Part shown: in pieces, positions 8,411-17,393 of the stretch
How the letters are laid out: each line of letters begins with the position of its first letter
Numbering within the stretch: the stretch's first letter is position 1
Assembly (NCBI GenBank): GCA_002500485.1
Contig: DLRJ01000117.1
Location: 69,226-133,225 of the forward strand
DNA length: 64,000 nt
Source of the DNA: Dehalococcoidia bacterium UBA7891
Lineage (GTDB): Bacteria; Chloroflexota; Dehalococcoidia; Lucifugimonadales; UBA826
Reading direction: 5' to 3'
Position numbers and translations under genes: made by a program
The notes under the pieces: model-generated
Seen by the model: only the letters and a program-made list of their open reading frames with translations
The model's database searches: none
What the model was told of the DNA's origin: nothing

Positions 8411-11062
8411 TTATATGTTGTTTCCGTACATATCAATAACGAAGAGAGGGTACCCTAACTCCTCTAAATTCTTTTGGATTTTTTCTTTGTCACCAACGAC
8501 AATCATTTTTATTTCAGCTGGTAAAATGTGCTTCACAGCTGACTGTCTGACATCATCGAGTGTCAAATCCGAAATCTTTTCAATGTTGGTCTCAAAATAA
8601 TCCAGAGGTAGGTCAAATGCAGCTATGTTGAGCAATTGATTTGTAATTTGTTGATTGGATTCAAATTGAGAAGGCACACTTTTTAGCAAACCTTCTTTTG
8701 CTTTTCTAAATTCCTCAAGACCAATTGGGTTTAATTCCACAATATCAGTTAATTCCTTCAGTGTTTCAAAAACTGATTCTTTTGTAACCTCTGTTTGTAC
8801 ACTTCCTCTAGTCACTAGAATGGAGAGAGGTTTCATCCATTCTATGGAAGAATGGAACCCATAACTATACCCTTTGTCTTGTCTTAAATTCATATTTAGG
8901 CGACTCGAATAATCGCCACCGAGTATGTAATTTACAAAGGCAAGGGAATGATAATCTTGGTGTTCTCTTGGTATTGATATGTGACCTGCTCGTAATATCG
9001 ATTGGGCCGAACCAGGTCTATCGACTAGGTATATCGTAGGACCTTCACCGGCAAGAGGCTTTGAGGCAACTTGATTTTCTTGAGGCTTTTGTCGATTTTC
9101 GAAAGTTCTAAATTTTTCGGTTATTAATTCGGCTGCAAGATTTGATGAAATATTTCCCACCACAATGAAAGTCTTTTTAGAGGTGAGTAAGGTTTCGTGG
9201 TAATGCTTTTCAAGATCACCTGTTTTCATTGCAGCAATACTGGTTTCATCTCCGTTGATAGTATGGCCGTAGGGTGTGGTGGGCCCCAATAAAATAGATC
9301 TCATAGCAACAGATGCAGTGGCATCAGCACTATCCTGGATGGAACGGAGATCAGATAATTTTTCTTTTCGTATTCGCTCCATTTCAGTTACGGGAAAATT
9401 TGGGTTCAATATTATGTCTGACAAGACGTCAAGTTCTTTATTTGTGTTGTCGGATATGCCAGAAACAGCTAGAAAGGTGTGCTCTCTCGACACATCTTTG
9501 GTCACGTGAGAGCCAAGGAATTCCATTTCATCTGCAATTTGAGAACTACTTCTGCTCTGTGTGCCTTCAAACAACATATCCGTTGCAAACTGGGCTATTC
9601 CAGGCCTCTCTTCTAGGTCTTCCGCTGACCCAGTGTCAAAGAATACTCCAACTGTGGTCAGTGGCAATTCAGAACGCTCAATTACTAGCAGCCTTGTTCC
9701 GTTTTCCAGAAATATGTCCTTCGGTTGAGGAGCTGAAAATGTAGTGAGTGCTGCCACTTTTGGTAGATTAGTTCTATCGAGTTGTCTTGAAGAGGGTTTT
9801 GTGTCTTTAAGTGGGTTCACAGTCAGGCCTACGAAATTGCCGTTGAGCAACTTTGCAGCTGCTGAAACATCATTAGCTGACACTTTTTTGTATCTTTCTA
9901 CGTCTGTCTCTATAAGGCCGGGATTTCCAGCCATCACATTGAAGTGGTTTAATTGGTCGGCTTTACCCCCAAACCCACCTATTTTTTCTAACTGTCGGAC
10001 ATGATAGGAATTTATTATGTTATAGGCCCTTTCCATTTCTTTGTCGGATGGGGGCGTTTGTGATAGCTCATCTAATAATGCTTGGATCTCTTTATAGATT
10101 TCTCCTGTGGTTTGTCCAGGATTTGCCGTGGCTATAATATGAAATTCACCAGATATCTCTTGTCCATGATGATAAGCGCGAATGTCCCTAGCAAGTTGTT
10201 TTTTATAGACAAGATTTTGTTCCAGTCTTGAACTTCTTCCATCGGCCATAATTACAGATAATACGTCTAAAGCCGCTTGCTCTTGAGTAAATTCGGGGAC
10301 CGTTGGCCAAGCTAGATAAAGTCGAGGAAGATGGACAGAGTCTTCCAAGGTGACCCAAGTTTGTCCTTTCAAGATGGAATCCATTTTGTGAAACCTGTTG
10401 ATTGCAGGTCCCGGCGATAAATTTCCGAAATATTTGTCTATGAGATCAAAGGTTGAATTCGGGTCTATATCTCCCGCGATTGAAATGCTTGCATTGGAAG
10501 GATGATAGAAATTACGAAAAAATTCTTTTACGTCTTCTATTTCTGCTCCATCCAAATCTTCCTGAGATCCTATAGTTGGCCAGTTATAAGGATGTGGAGG
10601 TGGAAAGAGAAGTTCTTGTAGTTTTAAATACGCCATTCCATAAGGGCGATTTTCATAACTTTGTCTTCTTTCGTTTTTCACCACTTCTCTTTGCAAATCA
10701 AATCGTTTCTGGTCAAGGGCCTCTAGTAAAAATCCCATCCGATCTGATTCCAGCCATAATGCCAGTTCCAAGTAGTTTGAAGGCAAATTCTCCCAATAAT
10801 TTGTCCTATCGTTTGTTGTAGACCCGTTTACCGTGGCCCCTATCTCCTGAAGAGGGCCGAAATAATCCTTATTATGATTTCTGGATCCTTCAAACATCAC
10901 ATGTTCAAATAAATGCGCAAATCCTGTTTTGCCGGGAATCTCGTTTTTTGATCCCACGTGATACCAAATATTCACGGCCACGGTTGGGACTGTTTTATCA
11001 ACATGAGTGATGATATCTAGGCCATTTCCGAGAGTATGCTTTTGAAAAGGTATCGATATCAT
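8411..11062 (-). CDS. M16 (pitrilysin/insulinase) family zinc peptidase, double-length
   Basis: Inverted zinc motif HLFEH in GFAHLFEHVMFEGS. At 883 aa it has four M16 half-domains; the second pair lacks HxxEH. Confidence 0.9.
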   Translation of the reverse strand: MISIPFQKHTLGNGLDIITHVDKTVPTVAVNIWYHVGSKNEIPGKTGFAHLFEHVMFEGSRNHNKDYFGPLQEIGATVNGSTTNDRTNYWENLPSNYLELALWLESDRMGFLLEALDQKRFDLQREVVKNERRQSYENRPYGMAYLKLQELLFPPPHPYNWPTIGSQEDLDGAEIEDVKEFFRNFYHPSNASISIAGDIDPNSTFDLIDKYFGNLSPGPAINRFHKMDSILKGQTWVTLEDSVHLPRLYLAWPTVPEFTQEQAALDVLSVIMADGRSSRLEQNLVYKKQLARDIRAYHHGQEISGEFHIIATANPGQTTGEIYKEIQALLDELSQTPPSDKEMERAYNIINSYHVRQLEKIGGFGGKADQLNHFNVMAGNPGLIETDVERYKKVSANDVSAAAKLLNGNFVGLTVNPLKDTKPSSRQLDRTNLPKVAALTTFSAPQPKDIFLENGTRLLVIERSELPLTTVGVFFDTGSAEDLEERPGIAQFATDMLFEGTQSRSSSQIADEMEFLGSHVTKDVSREHTFLAVSGISDNTNKELDVLSDIILNPNFPVTEMERIRKEKLSDLRSIQDSADATASVAMRSILLGPTTPYGHTINGDETSIAAMKTGDLEKHYHETLLTSKKTFIVVGNISSNLAAELITEKFRTFENRQKPQENQVASKPLAGEGPTIYLVDRPGSAQSILRAGHISIPREHQDYHSLAFVNYILGGDYSSRLNMNLRQDKGYSYGFHSSIEWMKPLSILVTRGSVQTEVTKESVFETLKELTDIVELNPIGLEEFRKAKEGLLKSVPSQFESNQQITNQLLNIAAFDLPLDYFETNIEKISDLTLDDVRQSAVKHILPAEIKMIVVGDKEKIQKNLEELGYPLFVIDMYGNNI

Positions 11063-11065
11063 GTT

Positions 11066-11500
11066 CTACGGCTTATTAGGGAGTGCTATTACTCCTGTTC
11101 CAATGACAAGTTTCACCCCATCAGAATTTTCCATCACTACGTCACATTCTAATTTTGTACTGTCCCCAGTCTCATCTTTATCTGTCACTATCCCACTGAA
11201 CGTCAGGTCTTGGTTGTGAGGAACTGTTTGTCGGAAGACGACGTCTATTTTGAGAAGACAAACTGTGTCTGACCAGTCGGTTAAAATTTGTGACATCAGC
11301 GCTATATTCATGGGACCTGGCACAATGGCTTCCGGCATCCCCTCGTTATTTGCTATTTCTTTTGACGTAAATCTTGAAGGGGTGATTTCTTTTTCTCTGA
11401 TTGAAACAAATTCGATCACATCTTTGTCAGTGACGGATTTTTTTATCGGACCAATATCGTCTCCGATTTCAACATCTTCAAAATATAGATTCTCTTTCAT
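11066..11500 (-). CDS. MaoC-like (R)-specific enoyl-CoA hydratase, hot-dog fold
   Basis: 144-aa hot-dog-sized protein with a MaoC-type layout. It overlaps the upstream partner gene by 4 nt. Confidence 0.75.
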   Translation of the reverse strand: MKENLYFEDVEIGDDIGPIKKSVTDKDVIEFVSIREKEITPSRFTSKEIANNEGMPEAIVPGPMNIALMSQILTDWSDTVCLLKIDVVFRQTVPHNQDLTFSGIVTDKDETGDSTKLECDVVMENSDGVKLVIGTGVIALPNKP

Positions 11501-11961
11501 CTATTTTTATTCCTTCTAACAAAAGACTCTGTTACTAAGGCAACGGTCTCTTCATCCTGGTTGCTGAATTTTGTTTCCCAAACAGCAAAAACCATTTTTC
11601 CGGACCGGCCTGTTTTGGCATAAACTTTGTCCAGCTTCGTACTGGCTGAAAGAACATCGCCAGGTCGAATTTCTGCTTTACATTCGATAGATTGACCAGC
11701 GAAAAACCCCAATTCTCCAAATTCAAGCTTTATGTCGGGTCTTGATACCCCTGAAACAAAAACATTGCAGATTGTTGGTGGGGCTACGATATGCCCGGCA
11801 CCATGTTCATCCCCCACGTACCTTGGATTAGTTTCACCTGTCGATTTCGCAAACCCTAATAGCATTTCCCTGGTTAACTCAAAAGTTCCAATCTGTGTTT
11901 CCACTCCAAGCAAACTTCTGTCGTATACGATTCCTTCATCTGTCGTCATTCTGTGCTCCAA
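11497..11961 (-). CDS. MaoC N-terminal-like (FAS1-type) dehydratase subunit
   Basis: 154 aa with the pattern ...F.LTRE....FA..TGE.NP.Y, typical of the non-catalytic partner in HadA/ChsH-type heteromeric hydratases. It is translationally coupled to the downstream MaoC gene. Confidence 0.7.
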   Translation of the reverse strand: MEHRMTTDEGIVYDRSLLGVETQIGTFELTREMLLGFAKSTGETNPRYVGDEHGAGHIVAPPTICNVFVSGVSRPDIKLEFGELGFFAGQSIECKAEIRPGDVLSASTKLDKVYAKTGRSGKMVFAVWETKFSNQDEETVALVTESFVRRNKNR

Positions 11962-11970
11962 AATATGTGG

Positions 11971-12612
11971 TCAGGATTCAAGTTTCACAGCGGTAAAACG
12001 GCCATTTCTTAGTTCCTGTACTAAATCAGATTCATTCGCTATTTTTTTTTCAAAACGTGTCATGCAGGTACCTACCGCACTCACTATGTGGGCGTCGCTT
12101 CCTCCTGTTCCTAAATACCCCTTCGCTTTAATAAGTGATTCGGCTTTTTCTCCTTCTCCTGGCCTGTTGGACCCGTTAAGCTGTTCGACAGTTTTAACTG
12201 TTTCAAAACCAGTTACACCATTATCTAAATATTCAGCAAAACCTATTCCAACTCGACCGGGATGAGCTGGAATTGCTATTCCCCCATAGGTGTCGCAAAC
12301 ATCAACTAGGTTTTGTGCACTAATGTTAACATCTGAGAAATCCAATTCATTGGTGATTTGTTCTGAGATCCCGTAAACGAGAAAATGCCCGGTGTCTGTG
12401 TCTAATTCAGCCCCTTTCAAAATGATTATTCCATCATCTGAGGCTAACTTACTATAGTCCACATCGTGGTCGAATTGCCTGTGCTCGGTTAAGACAAATC
12501 CATGTATCGATTTGCCTTTTCTTCGTAGCACATTAACCCATTTTATGTATTGTTCTACCGTTGCTCTGGAATCATCCGAGGCAACTGAGTGAGTGTGTAA
12601 ATCAAGGAGCAT
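11971..12612 (-). CDS. PHP-domain metal-dependent phosphoesterase
   Basis: MLLDLHTHSVASDDS (the HxH motif of PHP) plus later His/Asp ligands (PAHPGR, GGSDAH). Confidence 0.75.
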   Translation of the reverse strand: MLLDLHTHSVASDDSRATVEQYIKWVNVLRRKGKSIHGFVLTEHRQFDHDVDYSKLASDDGIIILKGAELDTDTGHFLVYGISEQITNELDFSDVNISAQNLVDVCDTYGGIAIPAHPGRVGIGFAEYLDNGVTGFETVKTVEQLNGSNRPGEGEKAESLIKAKGYLGTGGSDAHIVSAVGTCMTRFEKKIANESDLVQELRNGRFTAVKLES

Positions 12613-12722
12613 AACAGGATTGAATGTTAGGTCAGCATATTCATGTAGTCAAGAAATTAATGTATTAAACTTAGGGAAATTGCATCCAATAGATGTAAAA
12701 CACAACAAAGTGGGTGATTAAT

Positions 12723-13499
12723 ATGGATTTAGGGTTGACTGGAAAAATTGCTTTAATAACTGGCGGCAGTAGAGGTTTGGGTAGAGAAAGTGCATTGTCC
12801 TTAGCTAGAGAAGGCGTGAGCGTTGCCATATGTGGTAGAACAAAAAATGTATTAGATGCGACTGTAAAAGAGATTGAGCAAATTGGGGCAACCTGCGTGG
12901 GCATTGTGGCTGATGTATCTGATACCAGGGCTATAGAAGTTTTGCATTCATCTGTAATTGAGGCCCTCGGACCTATAGATATACTCGTGAATAATGCAGG
13001 TGGAACCAGATCTAGAGATGATATTAATGGAACCCCTTTAGAGGATTTTAAAGGCACCTTTGATTTAAATGTTTTTGGAGCATTTGAATTGATGCAACAT
13101 GTTATACCGTCTATGAGAAGTAACGGTTGGGGCAGAATTATTAATATTGCTTCTATCTGGGGCCGAGAATATGGCGGGAATATATCTTACATGTCGGCGA
13201 AAGCGGCATTAATCGCAGCTTCTAAACACTCGGCAATTTCCCTGGCTAAAGATGGAATCTTGGTTAATTCTATTGCTCCTGGCTCAATCGAACACCCTGG
13301 AGGTTCATGGGAACGTTTTCAAAATGACAATTCGCCTCAAGTCGTAGAAAACTTTATAAAGGAAAATCTGCCTCTTGGCAGGTTTGGCTGGCCTGAACCG
13401 CTTGGAGATTTGGTTGCCTATCTTGCCTCTGATAGATCTGGGCTAATTACCGGTTCATGTATAGTAATCGATGGTGGTCAGAGCGTATCGATGATCTAG
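12723..13499 (+). CDS. SDR oxidoreductase (FabG-like)
   Basis: GKIALITGGSRGLG, NNAG and YxxxK (YMSAKAA). ATG 12723 is preferred over the track's GTG 12714 because of the GGGTGA RBS. Confidence 0.85.
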   Translation: MDLGLTGKIALITGGSRGLGRESALSLAREGVSVAICGRTKNVLDATVKEIEQIGATCVGIVADVSDTRAIEVLHSSVIEALGPIDILVNNAGGTRSRDDINGTPLEDFKGTFDLNVFGAFELMQHVIPSMRSNGWGRIINIASIWGREYGGNISYMSAKAALIAASKHSAISLAKDGILVNSIAPGSIEHPGGSWERFQNDNSPQVVENFIKENLPLGRFGWPEPLGDLVAYLASDRSGLITGSCIVIDGGQSVSMI

Positions 13500-13502
13500 A
13501 AA

Positions 13503-14504
13503 TTAGTTTTCTAAAGACCTTTTGGGGTTGGGATGTTCTAATACTTCTGGATTGACTAAATTTTCAGGCATGGTATTCCTGTACACTTTGACGACCTCGC
13601 TGGCTGCTCGTTCTTCTAGCTCAAGGGTTGATTCCTGGGAGAAGAAAGCTGTGTGAGGGGTTATCAGTATGTTTTCCAGTTGCATTAAGGGATGATCCCG
13701 TGATGGTTCGTTATCCACCATCACATCTAGACCTGCACCACCTATTTTACCCTCTGATAAGGCCTCGTATAAGGCTATTTCATCAATTAAGGGACCTCGT
13801 GCAGCATTGATTAGGAAAGCATCGTCTCTCATCAAATCAAATTGTTCCGATCCGATCATTTTCTCTGTGTTGGGAGTTAATGGTGCATGAAGTGAAACAA
13901 AATCCGAATTCTCCAGTAGTTCCTCAAGGCTTACCAGTTTACCGCCTGAAGATTCTACTATTTCTTTAGGAGTGAAAGGGTCAGATGCCAATATGTTTAA
14001 ACCGAAGACAGCGGCTTTTTCTGCTACTGCTTGTCCGATCCGACCAAATCCCACAATGCCAATAGTTTTACCTCTCAGTCTTTTGATACGCATCGTTAAA
14101 CCCAAATGACCCCAACCGTCAGATTTTACTGATCGATCGAATAGGGCTATCTTTCTATTCCAAGTGTGTAACATTGCTAAAACGTGGTCAGAAACTTCAT
14201 CTACGCAATAGTCTGGAACGTAGGTCACCGGTATACCAAGTTCGCTTGCTGTACTCACATCTATATTGTCAACTCCGACTCCAAATCTTCCTATCGATAC
14301 ACAATTTTTGGCGGACCTAATTACATTCCCTGTGACTTTTGCAAAACATGTCATGATCGCATCCACGTCCCTAGCTAACTCAATCAGAGTATCTTCGTCC
14401 CCATCAGGGGCTACTATGACCTCCGCTCCGGCAGCCTCTAAAACAGCCCTCTCAGGATCTGTTGTTGGCCATACATGATCTGTAATAAGGACTTTCCAAC
14501 CCAT
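13503..14504 (-). CDS. D-isomer-specific 2-hydroxyacid dehydrogenase (CtBP/PGDH-like)
   Basis: GIVGFGRIGQAVA NAD-binding motif. Catalytic region ...NAARG..ID...L...GAGLDV...EP...PH. Confidence 0.85.
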   Translation of the reverse strand: MGWKVLITDHVWPTTDPERAVLEAAGAEVIVAPDGDEDTLIELARDVDAIMTCFAKVTGNVIRSAKNCVSIGRFGVGVDNIDVSTASELGIPVTYVPDYCVDEVSDHVLAMLHTWNRKIALFDRSVKSDGWGHLGLTMRIKRLRGKTIGIVGFGRIGQAVAEKAAVFGLNILASDPFTPKEIVESSGGKLVSLEELLENSDFVSLHAPLTPNTEKMIGSEQFDLMRDDAFLINAARGPLIDEIALYEALSEGKIGGAGLDVMVDNEPSRDHPLMQLENILITPHTAFFSQESTLELEERAASEVVKVYRNTMPENLVNPEVLEHPNPKRSLEN

Positions 14505-14537
14505 TTATTTCTCCCTTTCCTTACGATTAACTAACAA

Positions 14538-16166
14538 CTAAATTGATGTTAAATCTCTCGGCATGGATTTAAACATACACCCTTCAACAAAAACTTCGAA
14601 GAAATCAGGAACAGTTTCCAATTCCAAATGGTCGATGTCCAATACTAACTTTTCTATCTCCATTCTCATTCTCATTGATTTAAGCATTAGTATTGCGCCT
14701 TCGAGCGAAGCATTTCCCACCTTTTCGATCTTTTTTATGGGAAAATTGGCTATAAAGCCAATGTCCCGAGCATTTGATGAATTTATGTAGTTTGCAAAAC
14801 CTCCAGCCAAGTATAGTTTGGATATTTTACTAATTGGTGCACCGAAATGCCGTAACGCTAAATATTGGCCACAATAGTTGGCAGATTTTGCCTGGGCCAG
14901 GGCACTAATATCGGATCGGTAGAGAGCCATGTTTTCTTCTTCGGAAAATATGTATGCATTCTCTCCATTTGAGTAAACTCCTAGGTCGGTCATAAGATTG
15001 TATTTTCTCAGTTCGGCCAACAAATCGATCAACCCTGATCCACAGATCCCTTGGATACTTGCATCCCCTATAGTAGCGATCTTCAAAATCCCATCTTGAA
15101 TTTTCACGGATTCAACAGCTCCTTCGTATCCAGGCATCCCGTATGTTATCTCGCCACCCTCAAATGCTGGCCCAGCAGGGCAGGAAGCTGCGACCATTTT
15201 ATCTCGAGTTCCGATTACAACTTCAGTATTGGTGCCTATATCCACTAACATTACGGGGTGTTCGGCTTCATCAGCCATTATCGCCAGTAAATCTGCTGCC
15301 ACATCTGACCCTACGTGAGACCCAATTAAAGGTCCACTATAGATTCGAGCCTGGGGGAATATTCGTAGACCAAGTTCTTTTGCACTTATATTAATTGCGG
15401 TGGATTCTCGTGAACCAGATTCCATAGCATGTTGAATAATCGATTTGTAGGGCTTTTCCCCTACAGATTGGACATTTACACCAAAAAGTATGTCCCTCAT
15501 TGTAGTGTTTCCAACTAGTACAGCGTCATAAATTCTCCTACGATGAATTTTATGCTCCCTAAGCATTTCACCAATTTCATAATTGATCGAGGATAGCAAT
15601 ACCTTTTTTAATTCACCTTTATTTGGCCCACCATCATAGGAAATCCTGTTCATTACATCGGACCCGCCAAATCTTTGCGGGTTTTCAAAAGAGGAAGTGG
15701 TTAATATGTCACCACTTTCAAGGTCTATGATGCTTAATACTATGGTTGTGGTTCCAATATCCCCAGCCAAACCTAATATGTGCCCCTGATACCTGTCTTC
15801 ATCCATATCCTCTATGAAGACCCTGTCACCTCTTTTGGTAACGACGCTTTCTAAACTAACAGGTCTCTTCACTCCTGAGGTTAATATTTTTGGTTGCCTT
15901 CTTAGCGTGGTAAATTCAACATTGGAGTTTAAATCTTCGACTACAGCTTGGCAGGCCAACCTGTAATCACCTCTTAAGAAAGTTTCTTCTTTCGTCGGTT
16001 GGCTTAGGGATTCCATCCCTTTTTTTATTTCCACCACGCACTCATGACATTCCCCATTTCTACCACATGCGGTTGGAACTCTAACTTCAAGATCATCAGC
16101 GTAATCAAATATAGTTCTTTGAGGGCCTGTCGGATATTCTTTGCCGTTGGCAAAAACTGGAGACAT
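14538..16166 (-). CDS. RACo/RamA-type reductive activator of corrinoid proteins ([2Fe-2S] ferredoxin + ASKHA ATPase)
   Basis: N-terminal plant-type ferredoxin cysteines CGRNGECHEC...C. ASKHA phosphate motifs DIGTTT and DIGTNTE. The ICGSGLIDL segment is typical of COG3894/DUF4445 proteins. Confidence 0.85.
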   Translation of the reverse strand: MSPVFANGKEYPTGPQRTIFDYADDLEVRVPTACGRNGECHECVVEIKKGMESLSQPTKEETFLRGDYRLACQAVVEDLNSNVEFTTLRRQPKILTSGVKRPVSLESVVTKRGDRVFIEDMDEDRYQGHILGLAGDIGTTTIVLSIIDLESGDILTTSSFENPQRFGGSDVMNRISYDGGPNKGELKKVLLSSINYEIGEMLREHKIHRRRIYDAVLVGNTTMRDILFGVNVQSVGEKPYKSIIQHAMESGSRESTAINISAKELGLRIFPQARIYSGPLIGSHVGSDVAADLLAIMADEAEHPVMLVDIGTNTEVVIGTRDKMVAASCPAGPAFEGGEITYGMPGYEGAVESVKIQDGILKIATIGDASIQGICGSGLIDLLAELRKYNLMTDLGVYSNGENAYIFSEEENMALYRSDISALAQAKSANYCGQYLALRHFGAPISKISKLYLAGGFANYINSSNARDIGFIANFPIKKIEKVGNASLEGAILMLKSMRMRMEIEKLVLDIDHLELETVPDFFEVFVEGCMFKSMPRDLTSI

Positions 16167-16243
16167 TGGTTATACCTTCTAACTGTATTTGGCTAGGTGG
16201 ACTCTACAGTGAGCAAAGAAAGAATGTGCTTTTAGTCTTCATA

Positions 16244-16489
16244 TTAATTACTAGGTTCCCACGCCGAGCGATAATCGAGGTCATCACTTCCGAGACAAAG
16301 ATACAATTTTCCAACAGAGCCCGGCCTATCTTGGTTGCGGCAACCAAATTTCGCGGTGCATCTGTCGTCAACATTTTTGTACGGGCATCTCCAGGTGAAT
16401 ACTTCCGAGGCTGTATCTGAGATAGACTTGAAGATTGATTCAAGCTTTCCCAAACTTTTCCTATATTTTTCTTGGTCGACCGGTTCCAT
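16244..16489 (-). CDS. small four-cysteine protein (hypothetical)
   Basis: 81-aa ORF between the corrinoid protein and activator genes. Cys pattern is C-x8-C-x5-C-x14-C (RCPYKNVDDRCTAKFGCRNQ...LYLC). Its codon pattern looks more native than that of the overlapping 101-aa frame (16204..16509). The RBS is weak. Confidence 0.4.
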   Translation of the reverse strand: MEPVDQEKYRKSLGKLESIFKSISDTASEVFTWRCPYKNVDDRCTAKFGCRNQDRPGSVGKLYLCLGSDDLDYRSAWEPSN

Positions 16490-16526
16490 ATTATTGTCTC
16501 AGTAGCCACAAAATACTTTATAAGAC

Positions 16527-17285
16527 TTAACCAAGCGGACTTATTGAAGGCTCGGTATCGGGGCTCATGAAAGTTTTAGCTAATTCCACACAGGATATAG
16601 CATCTTTTCCGTAACCATCCGCACCCATATCATCGGCAAATTCCTGGGAAAGGGGGGCTCCGCCAACCATAATTTTCACCACCTCCCGCATCTCAATTTC
16701 TTCAAAGGCATCTATGGTTCTACCCATATTAGGCATTGTGGTTGTTAATAATGCAGACATTCCTAAAACACCAGCCTCATTCTCTTCAACTGCCTCTATG
16801 AATTCCTCTGGAGAAGTGTCTACGCCCAAATCGATAACACTAAAGCCGGCTCCTCTCAACATCATGATGCAAAGGTTCTTTCCAATATCATGTAAATCTC
16901 CTTTCACTGTTCCCATTATCACAGTACCAACAGGTTCTATACCTGAAGCCGATAGAATTGGTTCAACGTGAGTCATCCCGGCTTTCATAGCTCTTGCAGC
17001 CACAAGCACTTCTGGTACAAATATAAGATTATCTCTGAATTTCACGCCGACAATCGCCATTCCTGCTATGAGGCCATCATCCAGAATTGTATTGGCTGAA
17101 AACCCGGCTTCTAGAGCCTTTTGGGTCAATTGGTCAACTCTATTATTGTCTCCTTTTATCAAAGAAACTGATATATCTTGCATTAAGGGATCTGCTTCGT
17201 TCCACAAGTTTCTAATGTGTTGTTGTTCTGCAGAGTTGGTTACATACTCTAATTCCGCCTTCAAATCTTCATTAGTTACTGGCAT
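16527..17285 (-). CDS. cobalamin-binding corrinoid protein (MtaC/MtbC/MetH-B12-domain-like)
   Basis: Helical cap domain followed by the B12-binding Rossmann domain. It carries the DxHxxG signature (GDLHDIGKN), SALLTTT and MVGGAP. Confidence 0.9.
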   Translation of the reverse strand: MPVTNEDLKAELEYVTNSAEQQHIRNLWNEADPLMQDISVSLIKGDNNRVDQLTQKALEAGFSANTILDDGLIAGMAIVGVKFRDNLIFVPEVLVAARAMKAGMTHVEPILSASGIEPVGTVIMGTVKGDLHDIGKNLCIMMLRGAGFSVIDLGVDTSPEEFIEAVEENEAGVLGMSALLTTTMPNMGRTIDAFEEIEMREVVKIMVGGAPLSQEFADDMGADGYGKDAISCVELAKTFMSPDTEPSISPLG

Positions 17286-17393
17286 ATCGTAAACGAACCT
17301 CTGATACTGATTGGGCTATGGTTTATTAGAAATTGGACATAAATTTGCATTCAAGGGGAGCAATTATACGACTAAATTATAATCGGACATAGC

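Noticed and set aside
16499-16501. In-frame TGA four codons upstream of the ATG of the 81-aa Cys-rich ORF (...FCGY-TGA-DNN-M...). Considered as a second selenocysteine site because the organism decodes Sec.
   Set aside because: The upstream frame has no start codon before it runs into the corrinoid protein gene in another frame. There is no Cys/Sec-type motif context and no hairpin downstream. It is most simply an ordinary stop.
16204-16509. The 101-aa GTG-initiated ORF overlapping the 81-aa Cys-rich ORF.
   Set aside because: Its composition (MATETIIWNRSTKKNIGKVW...SSSLSQIQPRK...) is low-complexity. It has no RBS and it ends in the leader of the activator gene. The alternative frame is more protein-like.
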